A stretch of 64,000 nucleotides of DNA from Thermoplasmata archaeon (GCA_039794005.1 JBAMMA010000017.1:1-64000), one strand, 5' to 3'; shown: positions 50,247 to 61,542, counted from the stretch's first letter. A program made the numbers and translations. Notes: generated by a model from the sequence alone, not told the origin.

Positions 50247-53015
50247 TTAACCCTTTTTACCAGTTTTTATTTTTGTTACTGTAAATGCAATTATTCCAGA
50301 GAGGAACCATATTATGTATAATAACATGGTTTGTAATGGGATATAGAAAACCTGGGAAAATTCTGAGACTGCACCCCCATAAATTACAAAATGGCCACTG
50401 GATGATGTGGACATATAATTATTGGGCAGATTTATATAATATTCATAGGAACCGTTTGGCAAATAAAAACTAATGGTTGGAGAATTGCTATGAAATACCA
50501 AATTTATGCTCTGACCGTTAAATTCCCTTCCTATTACATTCACGGACCAGTTTACTCCATTAGGCATATTTGAAAGTGTTATGGTTATCAAATACATCTG
50601 AATTGTAAAACTAACCATTATAGATATTGGTTTTCCATTGACGTGTATAATTCCCTGAGGATTCAACGGAATATAACCGGGGACAGATTTTACATTAAAT
50701 AAATAAGTACCATTGAAAAGCATAGTATCTATATTTTGATTAGCAGAAGAAAATGTTGTTCCATTTATTGTAACTTGCCATAGAGTACCATATGGCAGAC
50801 CTTCCTCGAAAAATATTACTTGATATTTTTCAGGAATAAATTTTATAATAACTGTCATATTTTTAGTTAAATTTAATTCACCCATTCCACATGAATATTT
50901 TCTATCTATTGTACCATAATAATAAATGTAATGTCCTTGCAATAGTTTAAACGATACATTCTGGTTTTGTGTTGTTATATTTTCAGAATTTATATCTATA
51001 TACCAATGGTATTTGTTTGGCAATCCATATTCAACAAAATTTACTGTATAAATTAAATATCTGAAATTGACAGAAATATTTGTTCCATGTCCAAAGACTA
51101 TTATGGTTCCATTTGCTTGAACTGGTGAATATGAACTGTTTTGAATCCAAATATGATAATGATAAGTTCCATTTGTTAAATTGAATATTATCTCATGTAA
51201 ATATGTCATTTTTCTCATACCATTGCTCAAGTTAACGCCCCAAAATGTAAACTTGGGAACAAATTTTGCATAGAAAATAATGGAATAATTAAGCTCATAA
51301 AAATTAATTTGAACGTTTAACGGTTGGCCAGAAACATTTATTATTCCAGGCTTTGCAAAATAAATATTGTATGATGCTGATGGGATATATTCATAAGAAC
51401 CGTTGGTTAAATATATTAATATATAAGATGAATTTGAATAATATCTTTTTGAATTTATAATAATAGACCATGATACATAACTTGGCAGTCCATTTTCAGT
51501 AAAGTTTACAGGTATTAAATATTGTAAAAATTGGATTTTAATTATAATTAACGAACCATTTAAATAAAAATATCCTGATGATTCATTTGGATAATAAATT
51601 TTATTTGAGGATTGTACTGTGAAATAATATGAGCCATTTTGCAAATCTATTATTATTGATGAATTTTCAGACGAATAAGAATTGTTAGAAATATTAACGT
51701 ACCATTTTATGCCTATAGGAAGGCCTACCTCTTGAAATATCACATGATATAAAACGGGTATGAAATTTACTTCTATATGTTCACTACTTCCATTTACCGT
51801 AAAGGATAATATTTTATTTTGTGGCATATATTTGCTATTGTTATCAAAAACGGTAACATTATATGTTCCATTCATTAATCTTAAAATCAAATAATTTTGA
51901 TTAGTATAATATGTTTTATCATATATAATACCCCAAGTGGTATTATTTGGAAGGCCTTGTTCTGTGAAATTAACGATGTAAAGATAAGGCATGAATTTTA
52001 CTGTTATATTTAAAGTTTTACCTGTAACATTTATTTTACCACTGTTTGGAATTGGATAATAGTTTTTGTCTGATGAGATTATATAAAAGGAATATGAGCC
52101 ATTCATGAGCTCAATCAAAATGGAATTTTTGTTTGTTTCATAAATAGAATTGTTCAATTTAACATACCACGTTAGATTACTGGGTAAACCTGTCTCATTA
52201 AAATATACTTTAGACAAATATGGTTGAAATAAAATAAATATTATTTGCGATGATCCTGAGACTGTAAAAATTCCATTTGGATTCTTTGTATAGAAATCTT
52301 TGTTTGATACATAAACGGAATATGTGTAAGTTCCATTCTTTAAAAATATTGTAACAGAATTGGAATATGTCTTATAAAGATTTTTTCCTATATATATACC
52401 CCAAAGAGTATTTGATGGAAGACCATATTCGATAAATGAAACGTTGTATGCAGAATATGAAAATGTTATCTGAATCGTTACGTTTGAACCATTCACAATT
52501 AATTTTCCGGAAGAGGGATTTGGGGTATATTGAGATGATGAATTTATTTCAAAATTATAAGAACCATTCGGCAATGAAAATGTGATATAATTTGAATAAG
52601 AATATTTGACTGTGTTATTTAAATCAACCCACCACTTCGTGTTCTGAGGGAGGCCTTTTTCAGTAAAATTGACGGTATAATTATTCCATTTAAAAGTTAT
52701 ATTTATTGTTAAAATTTTACCAGATACATTAAAGGTTCCGGATGAGGGAACGGGATATAAATCCTTATTTTTTGAATAAACAGTAAAATTATAAGTTCCA
52801 TTAGATAATGTGAATAATATTGATTTTGATGTGCTATTTTCTTGTGTCCCATTTATTTGAACAGACCATTCATATCCTACCGGCAGACCGGTTTCATTAA
52901 AATAAATGTTGTATTTTATAAAGGGAAATATTTTTCCATTATTTTGGACGTAATTTATTTGAAAGTTTAATAATATCAAAATAAATATTGAGAAGACTAC
53001 TAAAATCCTCTTCAT
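50247..53015 (-). CDS. Large surface glycoprotein of 11 tandem ~77-aa 'FxExGLP...W' repeats (thermopsin-tail type), no catalytic domain
   Basis: Signal peptide, nine canonical and two degenerate repeats (e.g. FNETGLPVGYEWSV, FTEKGLPQNTKWWV), C-terminal TM plus basic tail. Confidence 0.85.
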   Translation of the reverse strand: MKRILVVFSIFILILLNFQINYVQNNGKIFPFIKYNIYFNETGLPVGYEWSVQINGTQENSTSKSILFTLSNGTYNFTVYSKNKDLYPVPSSGTFNVSGKILTINITFKWNNYTVNFTEKGLPQNTKWWVDLNNTVKYSYSNYITFSLPNGSYNFEINSSSQYTPNPSSGKLIVNGSNVTIQITFSYSAYNVSFIEYGLPSNTLWGIYIGKNLYKTYSNSVTIFLKNGTYTYSVYVSNKDFYTKNPNGIFTVSGSSQIIFILFQPYLSKVYFNETGLPSNLTWYVKLNNSIYETNKNSILIELMNGSYSFYIISSDKNYYPIPNSGKINVTGKTLNITVKFMPYLYIVNFTEQGLPNNTTWGIIYDKTYYTNQNYLILRLMNGTYNVTVFDNNSKYMPQNKILSFTVNGSSEHIEVNFIPVLYHVIFQEVGLPIGIKWYVNISNNSYSSENSSIIIDLQNGSYYFTVQSSNKIYYPNESSGYFYLNGSLIIIKIQFLQYLIPVNFTENGLPSYVSWSIIINSKRYYSNSSYILIYLTNGSYEYIPSASYNIYFAKPGIINVSGQPLNVQINFYELNYSIIFYAKFVPKFTFWGVNLSNGMRKMTYLHEIIFNLTNGTYHYHIWIQNSSYSPVQANGTIIVFGHGTNISVNFRYLIYTVNFVEYGLPNKYHWYIDINSENITTQNQNVSFKLLQGHYIYYYGTIDRKYSCGMGELNLTKNMTVIIKFIPEKYQVIFFEEGLPYGTLWQVTINGTTFSSANQNIDTMLFNGTYLFNVKSVPGYIPLNPQGIIHVNGKPISIMVSFTIQMYLITITLSNMPNGVNWSVNVIGREFNGQSINLVFHSNSPTISFYLPNGSYEYYINLPNNYMSTSSSGHFVIYGGAVSEFSQVFYIPLQTMLLYIIWFLSGIIAFTVTKIKTGKKG

Positions 53016-54059
53016 ACCCACTCATAAATTTATTAATCTATTTGATATATAAAATTATCGAATTTATTATTTTTTATAAATACAGAAATGCTATATATCA
53101 ACTAACCTATCCTTGGACTGTAATCTCGACATCGCATTGAAATTTCCAGCTTATTCCTGGAAAATTACAATACACAAATCACTAGAGAAATATGCATAGA
53201 ATAGGTTTCTGTTTAAAACCAATAATAAAATTACAGAATCGGAACAGAGAATATCTAATATTAATATATTCTAAGATCTATTCTTAGACGAAATTGGTAT
53301 TTACTATCATTTAAGGTTATTTTTTCACATAATATATTTAAAACATGTTTTTGAATTATTTTTTAATCTATTTTTATTACCAAGTTCTTTCAGATTTGTT
53401 TGAGGAATATATAAAAAATTTCAACAAAAAAATATGCATTCTCAAAGTTTTGCTTTTAATATTTTAAGGAATATTATTTACAGCATGTAATTTATATTGG
53501 TATCTTCTTAAATTATCATTAAAAACAAAATAACCTTTTGTATATGATTCATTCAACAAATTATTTGCATGCTCTTTATTTTTATCTATATTCTTTCAAA
53601 CATTTTATAGTTTATAGATCTTTTCTTTATTTAAAAAACCTTGTATTTCATTTTATTCAACGACTTAATGTTCTCTATCTCAATACATTTCGAGATAATT
53701 GCTAATTTATCCATTTCCATATAAGCCTCAACTTCTAATGTTTTTCTTCAATCTTCTATTTTCCCCTTCAAAAAATTTATAATTTATTCCATTATCAGAC
53801 ATTTTCATTTAATACATAACCACATGAACATTGTGATATTGAAAAATTTAAAATTAATGATGTTCTCTTACCAATCTTTAATGCATGGATATATAAAATT
53901 TTTATAATTATAAAAAATAATTATCAATCATTCAATCAAGAAAAGGCATTTAGGTATAAAATCATAATTTAAAATTTTATTATTTTTAAATTTAACTTTA
54001 AATTATTTTTCCAAATGGAAAGAATAAAAATAATATAATATGTTTTCTAATAAAGTTTA

Positions 54060-55238
54060 ATGAATGTTTTACTGGTAATTTCACTCGCTTCATTAATTAT
54101 ATTCATAGGATTTTTAGGTGATTTAGCTTTTAAAAAATTAAGGTTTCCAGATATACTTGTACTTTTGTTAATTGGATATTTAATAGTCTTTTTTTTAAAA
54201 ACAAACGAATATTTAGTATTAAATGAATATATGCCTCTGGCTGCAACAATATCACTTATAATAATATTATTTGAAGGTGGATTAACACTAAATATATCCA
54301 GTACCAGAAAGATTTTAAAAGACTCTATTTTAATGGCCATCTCATATTATTCAGTTTCATTTTTATTAATATATATTTCATTATATTTATTGAAAATAAA
54401 TGATCTTTCTGAATTTTTATATGCATCCATCTTATCATCCCCCAGCGTAGCAATCGTTATTTCATTGGTAAATAGATCAAACATGGATGATGAAAAAAGA
54501 CATAAATATATATTATATGCGACTATTTTGGACCTGATTTCAATTATTGTCACGATATCCATACTACAATACTATCCAATAACATTTAATAATCTAATTA
54601 AAGTTGTTGCCTCAATTATTTCCGTTATTATTCTTCAATCTTTCATTGGAGGATTGGCAGGTATTTTATGGACAGAAATATTGAGAAAGATTGGTAATAT
54701 CGATTTATCTTACATGTTAACTCTGGCTTATGTTTTGGCCATATATTCAATATCTTCATTGCTCTGGAGTAATGGTATGATCACAGTTATTATGATCGGT
54801 TTAATCCTAGCAAATAGTAACAAAATTAGAAATATATTAGGAATTAATAATTTCAATGTAGATAATAATATAATGAGATTTAATAGAGAGGTATCATTTT
54901 TCTTCAGAACTATAATATTCGTTTCTATTGGATCGATGTTATACATAGCCAGGATCAATTTTCATTTATTATTAATAATTTTAATAATTTTAGTAATAAT
55001 ATACGTTGTTCAAATTTTAACAACAAAGTTCGTTGAAAATAGTATAATAAATAGACATTTTCACTATCTAATGCCTAGAGGATTAACTCAAATAACAATG
55101 GCCATATTGGCATATTCTTCCGGATATAAAAATTATGACATAATTTATGTTGTTACTTTTGTTATAATAATAACAAATATAATAACACCACTATTTATTT
55201 ACTTTTCAAAAATAAAAAATATATTAAAAAATAAATAA
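54060..55238 (+). CDS. Cation:proton antiporter (CPA1/NhaP-like)
   Basis: PDILVLLLIG, ILFEGGL.LN, FVSIG, MPRGL and 12-13 TM segments. Confidence 0.85.
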   Translation: MNVLLVISLASLIIFIGFLGDLAFKKLRFPDILVLLLIGYLIVFFLKTNEYLVLNEYMPLAATISLIIILFEGGLTLNISSTRKILKDSILMAISYYSVSFLLIYISLYLLKINDLSEFLYASILSSPSVAIVISLVNRSNMDDEKRHKYILYATILDLISIIVTISILQYYPITFNNLIKVVASIISVIILQSFIGGLAGILWTEILRKIGNIDLSYMLTLAYVLAIYSISSLLWSNGMITVIMIGLILANSNKIRNILGINNFNVDNNIMRFNREVSFFFRTIIFVSIGSMLYIARINFHLLLIILIILVIIYVVQILTTKFVENSIINRHFHYLMPRGLTQITMAILAYSSGYKNYDIIYVVTFVIIITNIITPLFIYFSKIKNILKNK

Positions 55239-55240
55239 CT

Positions 55241-56203
55241 TTATTTTTTAATTCTTAAATCTTCATAAGCGCTTAATGCTGCAACTGCTCCCTGCCCGGC
55301 AGATATTATGATTTGACCGGATTCACCTGTAACATCTCCTGCCGCATAAACATATTTTATATTTGTCCTCATTTTTTTATCCACAATCACATAACCTTTT
55401 TGATCCATGTTTATGTTTGTATTTTTTAAGAAATATGTTTGTGGTATAAGTCCAACATAAATAAATACTCCATCCACCTTTATTTCCTTTTCTTCATTTG
55501 TAGACCTGTCCTTGAAGTATACAGAAGATACTTTTCCAGAAGATCCTTTAATTTCTAACACCTGTGCGTTCATTATATATTCTATATTCTTCTCCTTTAT
55601 CTGATCAACGTAAGCCTTTTCACACATATATCTAGGCATATATTCTATGATCGTTGGTTCGACACCAACATCTTTTAAATATAATGCTGCAATAGCTCCT
55701 GAATTTCCACCACCTATGACTGCAACCTTTTTATTTTTGAATAAATAGGCATCACAAGTGACACAATATGAAACACCCTTTCCATAATATTCTTCTTCAC
55801 CCTTAACACCAAGCTTTTTATGAGTGGTTCCTGTGGCAATAATCATGGAATCCGCGGTAACCGTTTGATCATTTGATAAATATAAAAATATCTTTTTGTC
55901 TATTTTTACATCCTTCACTTCAATGCCGTTGAATATATCCAGATAATCACTTGCATGTTTTCTAAAATATGACGCTAACTCTTCACCAGATATTGATCTA
56001 AAACCTAGATAATTTTCTATAAGTGGATCTTCAGAAACCAGTCCACCTGCAAGGTTTTTATCAATTATTACGGCATTTAGACCTGATCTTTTGGCATAAA
56101 TACCAGCCGATAATCCTGCAGGACCGCCACCTATTATAACCAATTCATAATGTTCCTCTAAATTATTACTCTCTTCAGCTGTTAAAGAAATTTGTGGTAT
56201 CAT
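55241..56203 (-). CDS. trxR: Thioredoxin reductase, Thermoplasma-type (canonical NADPH motif absent)
   Basis: FAD motif GGGPAG, active site CVTCD, GGGNSG, YAAGD. EYMPRYMCE replaces HRRxxxR. Confidence 0.9.
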   Translation of the reverse strand: MIPQISLTAEESNNLEEHYELVIIGGGPAGLSAGIYAKRSGLNAVIIDKNLAGGLVSEDPLIENYLGFRSISGEELASYFRKHASDYLDIFNGIEVKDVKIDKKIFLYLSNDQTVTADSMIIATGTTHKKLGVKGEEEYYGKGVSYCVTCDAYLFKNKKVAVIGGGNSGAIAALYLKDVGVEPTIIEYMPRYMCEKAYVDQIKEKNIEYIMNAQVLEIKGSSGKVSSVYFKDRSTNEEKEIKVDGVFIYVGLIPQTYFLKNTNINMDQKGYVIVDKKMRTNIKYVYAAGDVTGESGQIIISAGQGAVAALSAYEDLRIKK

Positions 56204-56236
56204 AAAAATAAAAATAACAAAAATAAATTTAAATTT

Positions 56237-57892
56237 TTACATTTCTGGCATTCCACCCGGTGCTCCGGGAGGCATTCCGGGTTGTCCAGTTCCTCCTTGA
56301 CCCGGCTGGTTTTCCTTCTTCTTTGCCGCAATTACATCGTCTATCCTTAGGATCATCGATGCAACTTCCATGGCACTTTCAATGGCCTGTGATTTAACTT
56401 TCACTGGTTCAATTACACCTAAAGATATCATGTCCTCTATTTTGTTTCCAAGGACATCAACGCCGAACGTTTTCTTGCCCTCTTCGTGCATACTCTTCAA
56501 TTTCATCAATATTGTTATTGCATCCATTCCCGCATTTTCTGCCAATGTTCTTGGTATAATTTCAAGTGCCTCTGCAAATTTTTCAACGGCCAACTGTTCT
56601 CTGCCACCCACCTTATGTGCAAATTCCCTGATCCTTAATGCAAGTTCTGTTTCTACTGCTCCACCTCCAGGTACTGCAAGACCCTCTTCCAGTGTTACAC
56701 CAACGACTTTAATTGCATCCTGTAGGGCCCTCTCCACCTCTGCAATAACGTGCTCTGTACCACCCCTGATCAATATTGAGACCGCATGTGGATCTTTGCA
56801 TCCCCTAACAAATGTCATATAATCGTTACCGATCTTTAATTCTTCGACTACATCTGCTTTACCAAGATCGGATTCTTTGAGATCATCAAGGTTTGTTATA
56901 ATCTTTGCTCCAGTTGCTTTTGCCAGGCTTTCCATATCGCTCTTCTTGATTCTCCTGGCAGCATATATGTTGTACTTTGCAAGATAATGCTGCGCAAGGT
57001 CATCAATTCCTTTCTGTGTAAATACAACATTGGCTCCGGATTTAACTATCTTTTCAACCATCTCCCTGAGTTGATTTTCTTCCTCCTTCAAGAATTCATG
57101 TATTTTTGTTGGATCCTCAATTTGTATTTTTGCACTTATTTCCGTTTTCTTTATTTCAAGTCCTTCATTTAATAGCACAATCTTTGCTCCTTTAACAATT
57201 TTTGGCATCCTTGGATGTACCTTTTCTTTATCTAATACAATGCCATCTATCAACTGAGTATCCTTTACTCCTCCTCCTGCCTTCTTCTCAATTTTAATGC
57301 TATCGAAATCAACCTTTGTTTTACCTTCAATTTCCTGAGCAACTGTAGACACTGCTTTTACCACTAGATTTGCAAAATATTCCCTATCTGGTCCAATGTT
57401 CTTTCCTGTCATGGCTGTCATTGCAATCTTCTTTAATATTTCTGTATCGTTCTTAGATACTTTCATTGCAATTTGTGGAAGTATCTCCAAGGCTTTTTGA
57501 CTTGCCATCCTATATCCATTTGTTATAATTGTAGCATGTATATTTTGTTCTAACAAGGCTTCTGCCTGCTTTAATAATTCGCCTGCCAATACTACGGATG
57601 TTGTGGTACCATCACCAACAGCCATATCCTGTGCTTTTGCAACCTCCACAATCATCTTTGCGGCTGGATGCTGAACATCAATTTCTTTTAAGATTGTAGC
57701 ACCATCATTTGTTATTACAATATCTCCAAGTGAATCAACAAGCATTTTATCCATTCCTTTTGGTCCTAATGTTGTTCTAACAGCATCTGCGATGGCCTTT
57801 GCGGCCTGTATATTATTCTTTTGAGCGTTTTTACCTGTTTCTCTTTCAGTCCCCTCTTTTAATACCAAAATTGGAACCTGTCCTGCTAACAT
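56237..57892 (-). CDS. ths: Thermosome (group II chaperonin) subunit, probably alpha
   Basis: [31 protein letters not shown] and a Gly/Met/Pro-rich tail. Confidence 0.97.
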   Translation of the reverse strand: MLAGQVPILVLKEGTERETGKNAQKNNIQAAKAIADAVRTTLGPKGMDKMLVDSLGDIVITNDGATILKEIDVQHPAAKMIVEVAKAQDMAVGDGTTTSVVLAGELLKQAEALLEQNIHATIITNGYRMASQKALEILPQIAMKVSKNDTEILKKIAMTAMTGKNIGPDREYFANLVVKAVSTVAQEIEGKTKVDFDSIKIEKKAGGGVKDTQLIDGIVLDKEKVHPRMPKIVKGAKIVLLNEGLEIKKTEISAKIQIEDPTKIHEFLKEEENQLREMVEKIVKSGANVVFTQKGIDDLAQHYLAKYNIYAARRIKKSDMESLAKATGAKIITNLDDLKESDLGKADVVEELKIGNDYMTFVRGCKDPHAVSILIRGGTEHVIAEVERALQDAIKVVGVTLEEGLAVPGGGAVETELALRIREFAHKVGGREQLAVEKFAEALEIIPRTLAENAGMDAITILMKLKSMHEEGKKTFGVDVLGNKIEDMISLGVIEPVKVKSQAIESAMEVASMILRIDDVIAAKKKENQPGQGGTGQPGMPPGAPGGMPEM

Positions 57893-57979
57893 CAAAACCA
57901 CCTCTTAATTTTTGTAAAATATAACTTCTATTTAAATTTTCCCCATAATAGATTTTTATTTTAATTCATTATTATAACT

Positions 57980-59407
57980 ATGAAAATTGGTTTTTACAAT
58001 GGATACATATATGATCCAAAGAATGACAATTTTATTTCAAATTTAATAGTTGAAGGAAATAGAATTTTGGATGTTGACAATTACCTTAAATTGAATGAAT
58101 GTGATCTAAAGGTTGATTTAAATAAAAAGATGTTGATTCCGGCATTTGTTGATACCCATTTACATCTCGATGAAATAGGTATATTTTTGAATTCCCTGAA
58201 TTTAAAAGATGTTAATTCAATAAATGAATTAAGATTAAAAATTAAGAATTTTAATAAAAAAGGCCCAATATTTGGCATGGGATGGGACGATGAAAAGATG
58301 GGAAGATGGCCAACAATTGATGATATTTCAGAATTTAATGATGAATATATTTTGCTTGCAAGGAATGATCTTCATTCGGGATTAGTAAATAAAAAACTTG
58401 AGACCGATGCAGATTTAAATACTGAAGATGGAATTGTTAAGGAAAAGGAATTTGAGAGAGCAAGAGAATTTATGATAAAAAATATACCAATGGAAATAAA
58501 GGAAAAATATTTAAAAGATTCTATAAATTATTTGAATTTTTTCGGTATTACAACTGTGGGATACATGTCCTGCTATGGAGATTGGTGCAAAATTTTAAGG
58601 AAGTTGGACATTAATAATGATTTAACTTTAAGAATATTTTCATATTTAAATTACGAGGAAATTGTAAAAAGGGATGAATTATATTTTGGAAAATATTATA
58701 AAGAACATGGTTTAAAGGTATATTCAGATGGTAGTTTGGGCTCAAAAACTGCATATTTATCGTTCAACTATGAAAATGATATTAATAACAGAGGGGTTAA
58801 ATTAATTGAAGATGAGAAGAAGTTTAAAAACATTTGTGAAAAATTTGATTGTGATCTTGCTGTCCATGCAATTGGAGATGCGGCCTTAGACATAGTTTTA
58901 GAAATGGCAAAATTTCATAAAAGAATTAGAATAGAGCATGCATCGATTGTGAGGGATGATCAATTGAAAAAATTAAAAAATATGAGGATATCAATTCAAC
59001 CCGGATTCATATTAACAGACTTTTGGATTGATAAAAGAATAGGTAAAGAAAGATTAGGAATGGCATATAGGATAAAAGATTTGGTTAAAGATAATCTTGT
59101 ATCATTTTCATCAGATGCTCCTGTGGAAATACCCAATCCATTTAGAAATATTTATGCATCAGTATATAGGGGGAAGTTCGAAAAATTGCCTATAAGCGAA
59201 ACAGATCAAAACATAAGTTTAAAGGAAGCCATAAAATTGCATACATGTAATGGGGCTAAATTTTTTGATCTAGAATCTGGAGCTATTGAAAAAGGATTTC
59301 TCGCAGATTTTGTAGTAATAAATAAAAATATATTTGATGAAGAAGATATTTTGAATTTACATGTTGAAAATGTTTATTTTGATGGAAAATTGATTTCAAC
59401 CAGATAA
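57980..59407 (+). CDS. Amidohydrolase family 3 (YtcJ-like)
   Basis: PAFVDTHLH, KVYSDGSLG, HAIGD, RIEHAS, SSDAP. Confidence 0.9.
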   Translation: MKIGFYNGYIYDPKNDNFISNLIVEGNRILDVDNYLKLNECDLKVDLNKKMLIPAFVDTHLHLDEIGIFLNSLNLKDVNSINELRLKIKNFNKKGPIFGMGWDDEKMGRWPTIDDISEFNDEYILLARNDLHSGLVNKKLETDADLNTEDGIVKEKEFERAREFMIKNIPMEIKEKYLKDSINYLNFFGITTVGYMSCYGDWCKILRKLDINNDLTLRIFSYLNYEEIVKRDELYFGKYYKEHGLKVYSDGSLGSKTAYLSFNYENDINNRGVKLIEDEKKFKNICEKFDCDLAVHAIGDAALDIVLEMAKFHKRIRIEHASIVRDDQLKKLKNMRISIQPGFILTDFWIDKRIGKERLGMAYRIKDLVKDNLVSFSSDAPVEIPNPFRNIYASVYRGKFEKLPISETDQNISLKEAIKLHTCNGAKFFDLESGAIEKGFLADFVVINKNIFDEEDILNLHVENVYFDGKLISTR

Positions 59408-59990
59408 ATTAAATTTTTTAAATATAATTAAAATAAAATTTCATTTAGAAGATCTAATGCAATAATCTAAATAAAAATATTTAAATGTTTTAAAATTAAT
59501 AAATGATCATTAATAAGGACTTTGTATTAGTTACAATTGCATTATTAATAAACGGAAGGACAATATGAATTAAATTAGTATAATTTTATTAAAAAGATTG
59601 TTTCAAATAAATATAGTTGAGGAAATACATAATAACATTTTAGATTATATCATTTATATAAAGGTTGGTAAATAAAAGAGTTGATGGAATAACAAAAAAG
59701 TTTTTTCAATACAATTAAAATGAAGATTTTCTTTTGACCTCGGAAAATAAAACATAAAAGTGAATTATGTGGCCTTAGAGTTATATTGAAAATGATATAA
59801 ATAGAGGTGGAAAAAGATGAATGATAAGATTAAAAGATACATTGAAAAAATGCTATGAAAAGATTAGTTAATATATAAAATGTTGCTGAACCATTTGATA
59901 TATTATGAAATATGAATTTTAATGGACTAAAGGTCAAATTATTGTCCTTAATTATTTAAGAATGGACTTTTATACAAATAATCTTTAATT

Positions 59991-60641
59991 CTATCCATTT
60001 TTTAAATATTTTATTGTGTAAAATAATGATAAGGAGGATAAAACATAAAATATTATGAATATATTAATAAAATTCTCAGCATAACTGTTAGAAATTGACA
60101 ATCTTGGATTTGATAATATGAATGCAAAAATGATTATTAATAAGGAAAAGAAAAATAGATATGCGGAGAATAGGAAAAAAGGTTTTATTCTAAGATATTT
60201 ATTTATATCCAATTTTTCTTTTATATGATATTCAAAAAAATATTTATATCTTTTAATAAAAAGATAATAAATGAAAAACAATATAATAATTAAAAATACA
60301 ATAAAAACGTATAAATAAAAGAATATGATATTCAATGATTCCCTTAAAATAATTGTATAAAAAACAATAGGGGATATTATGCTTAAAATAATCAAAAGAA
60401 TAAATATCAAGAACGAATTTTTTAATATAATTTTGTCAGATTTTCCAGATTCTCTTTCAAATCTATAAGTATTGTAAAAAAACATTGAAAAAAATATTGT
60501 TGGAATTGATATTAAAACAGACATCAACAATTTTATTACAAAAATTTCTAAAAAATATGAAAGGATATAGATTAATGCTATCAAGTATGTTGAATATAAA
60601 AGGTATTTCTGAATTTTGTTCAAATAATCTTTAAATTCCAT
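59991..60641 (-). CDS. Hypothetical membrane protein (about 6 TM)
   Basis: 216-aa hydrophobic ORF, very AT-rich. Confidence 0.55.
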   Translation of the reverse strand: MEFKDYLNKIQKYLLYSTYLIALIYILSYFLEIFVIKLLMSVLISIPTIFFSMFFYNTYRFERESGKSDKIILKNSFLIFILLIILSIISPIVFYTIILRESLNIIFFYLYVFIVFLIIILFFIYYLFIKRYKYFFEYHIKEKLDINKYLRIKPFFLFSAYLFFFSLLIIIFAFILSNPRLSISNSYAENFINIFIIFYVLSSLSLFYTIKYLKNG

Positions 60642-60720
60642 AAATATGTGAAAGATACAGAACGTTATATAAATTATGCATATAAAAACTTATATAATAT
60701 TTTTTATTTTAAAATAAATT

Positions 60721-61209
60721 ATGAAGGTTCAAAGAATAATAATTGTTGTTTCTATTGTGATCGTAATTATTATAATAATATCCATATTAATGTTATCAAA
60801 TTTATCTTCATTCCAAAATTATAAGTTTGTTGCTATTACACCAGAGCAATTACATCAAATATGTGGATACAATTTTACATGGATAAAACATTATTCAAAC
60901 ATTTATAATATATTAAGTCTTAATGTCACATATTATATTCCTAGTATACATTGGGCCCCAATAGAGCTATTATTATATAAATTTAACAATACGTACATGG
61001 CTATGAGCATAGGATCTTTTCCACCAACGGTCAATTACATCTCAGGAAACTATAAACTATTTTCATATGAAATACAAACGGGGAATAAAATAACAACTGT
61101 GAGATTTTACTCAGGATACTATGCCGGAATATTTTTCTTCTATCAACCCTGTACAAATATAAATTATGTAATTCAAGTAATACAAACTCAAATAAATGAT
61201 ATGGAATAA
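60721..61209 (+). CDS. Hypothetical membrane-anchored/secreted protein
   Basis: N-terminal hydrophobic helix and NxT sequons. Divergent from the previous ORF. Confidence 0.6.
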   Translation: MKVQRIIIVVSIVIVIIIIISILMLSNLSSFQNYKFVAITPEQLHQICGYNFTWIKHYSNIYNILSLNVTYYIPSIHWAPIELLLYKFNNTYMAMSIGSFPPTVNYISGNYKLFSYEIQTGNKITTVRFYSGYYAGIFFFYQPCTNINYVIQVIQTQINDME

Positions 61210-61213
61210 AATT

Positions 61214-61513
61214 TTATTGTAATTCTTTTAATCTTTTTTGTATTTGTTCCATTCTCTCTTGTAGATACTTTAATTCATTTTCTAGCATTTCTTTTTCATT
61301 TATATTGTTTTGTAATGGTGTATATATACTGTAATAAGGTGGGTTTGGATAATTCTGGTAATTTGGTATGAAATAATTCATACTTTGATAGAAATATGGG
61401 TTGAACCTCCATCCTCTAGGTAGTCCTGTGTAGGGACAATAACCAAGAATTGCACCATATCCATGACCTGCCCCGTAAAACATACCTCTACCAAAGAATG
61501 GTCTTCCAAACAT
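61214..61513 (-). CDS. DUF5320-like Gly/Tyr/Pro-rich protein with C-terminal coiled coil
   Basis: GRG...GYCPYTGLPRGW and EKEMLENELKYLQERMEQIQKRLKEL. GGTGA SD before ATG 61513. Confidence 0.65.
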   Translation of the reverse strand: MFGRPFFGRGMFYGAGHGYGAILGYCPYTGLPRGWRFNPYFYQSMNYFIPNYQNYPNPPYYSIYTPLQNNINEKEMLENELKYLQERMEQIQKRLKELQ

Positions 61514-61526
61514 ATTTATCACCTAA

Positions 61527-61542
61527 TTACTCATATGAGTAA
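61527..61542. promoter_or_regulatory. Perfect 16-bp palindrome TTACTCATATGAGTAA (candidate repressor operator)
   Basis: Seen directly. Lies between the minus-strand TATA (about 61546-61553) and the SD of the DUF5320-like gene. Confidence 0.6.

Noticed and set aside
50247-53015. CRISPR array or DNA tandem repeat
   Set aside because: The periodicity is at protein level only; no identical nucleotide repeats with spacers and no cas genes in the window.
54008-54021. Replication origin ORB element
   Set aside because: Single copy, non-canonical spacing, no G-string and no orc1/cdc6 in the window. Kept only as a minor note in the findings.
56237-56310. GC-rich short repeats (GGCATTCC twice, CCGG runs) as a structured RNA
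   Set aside because: Explained by the Gly/Pro/Met-rich thermosome tail.
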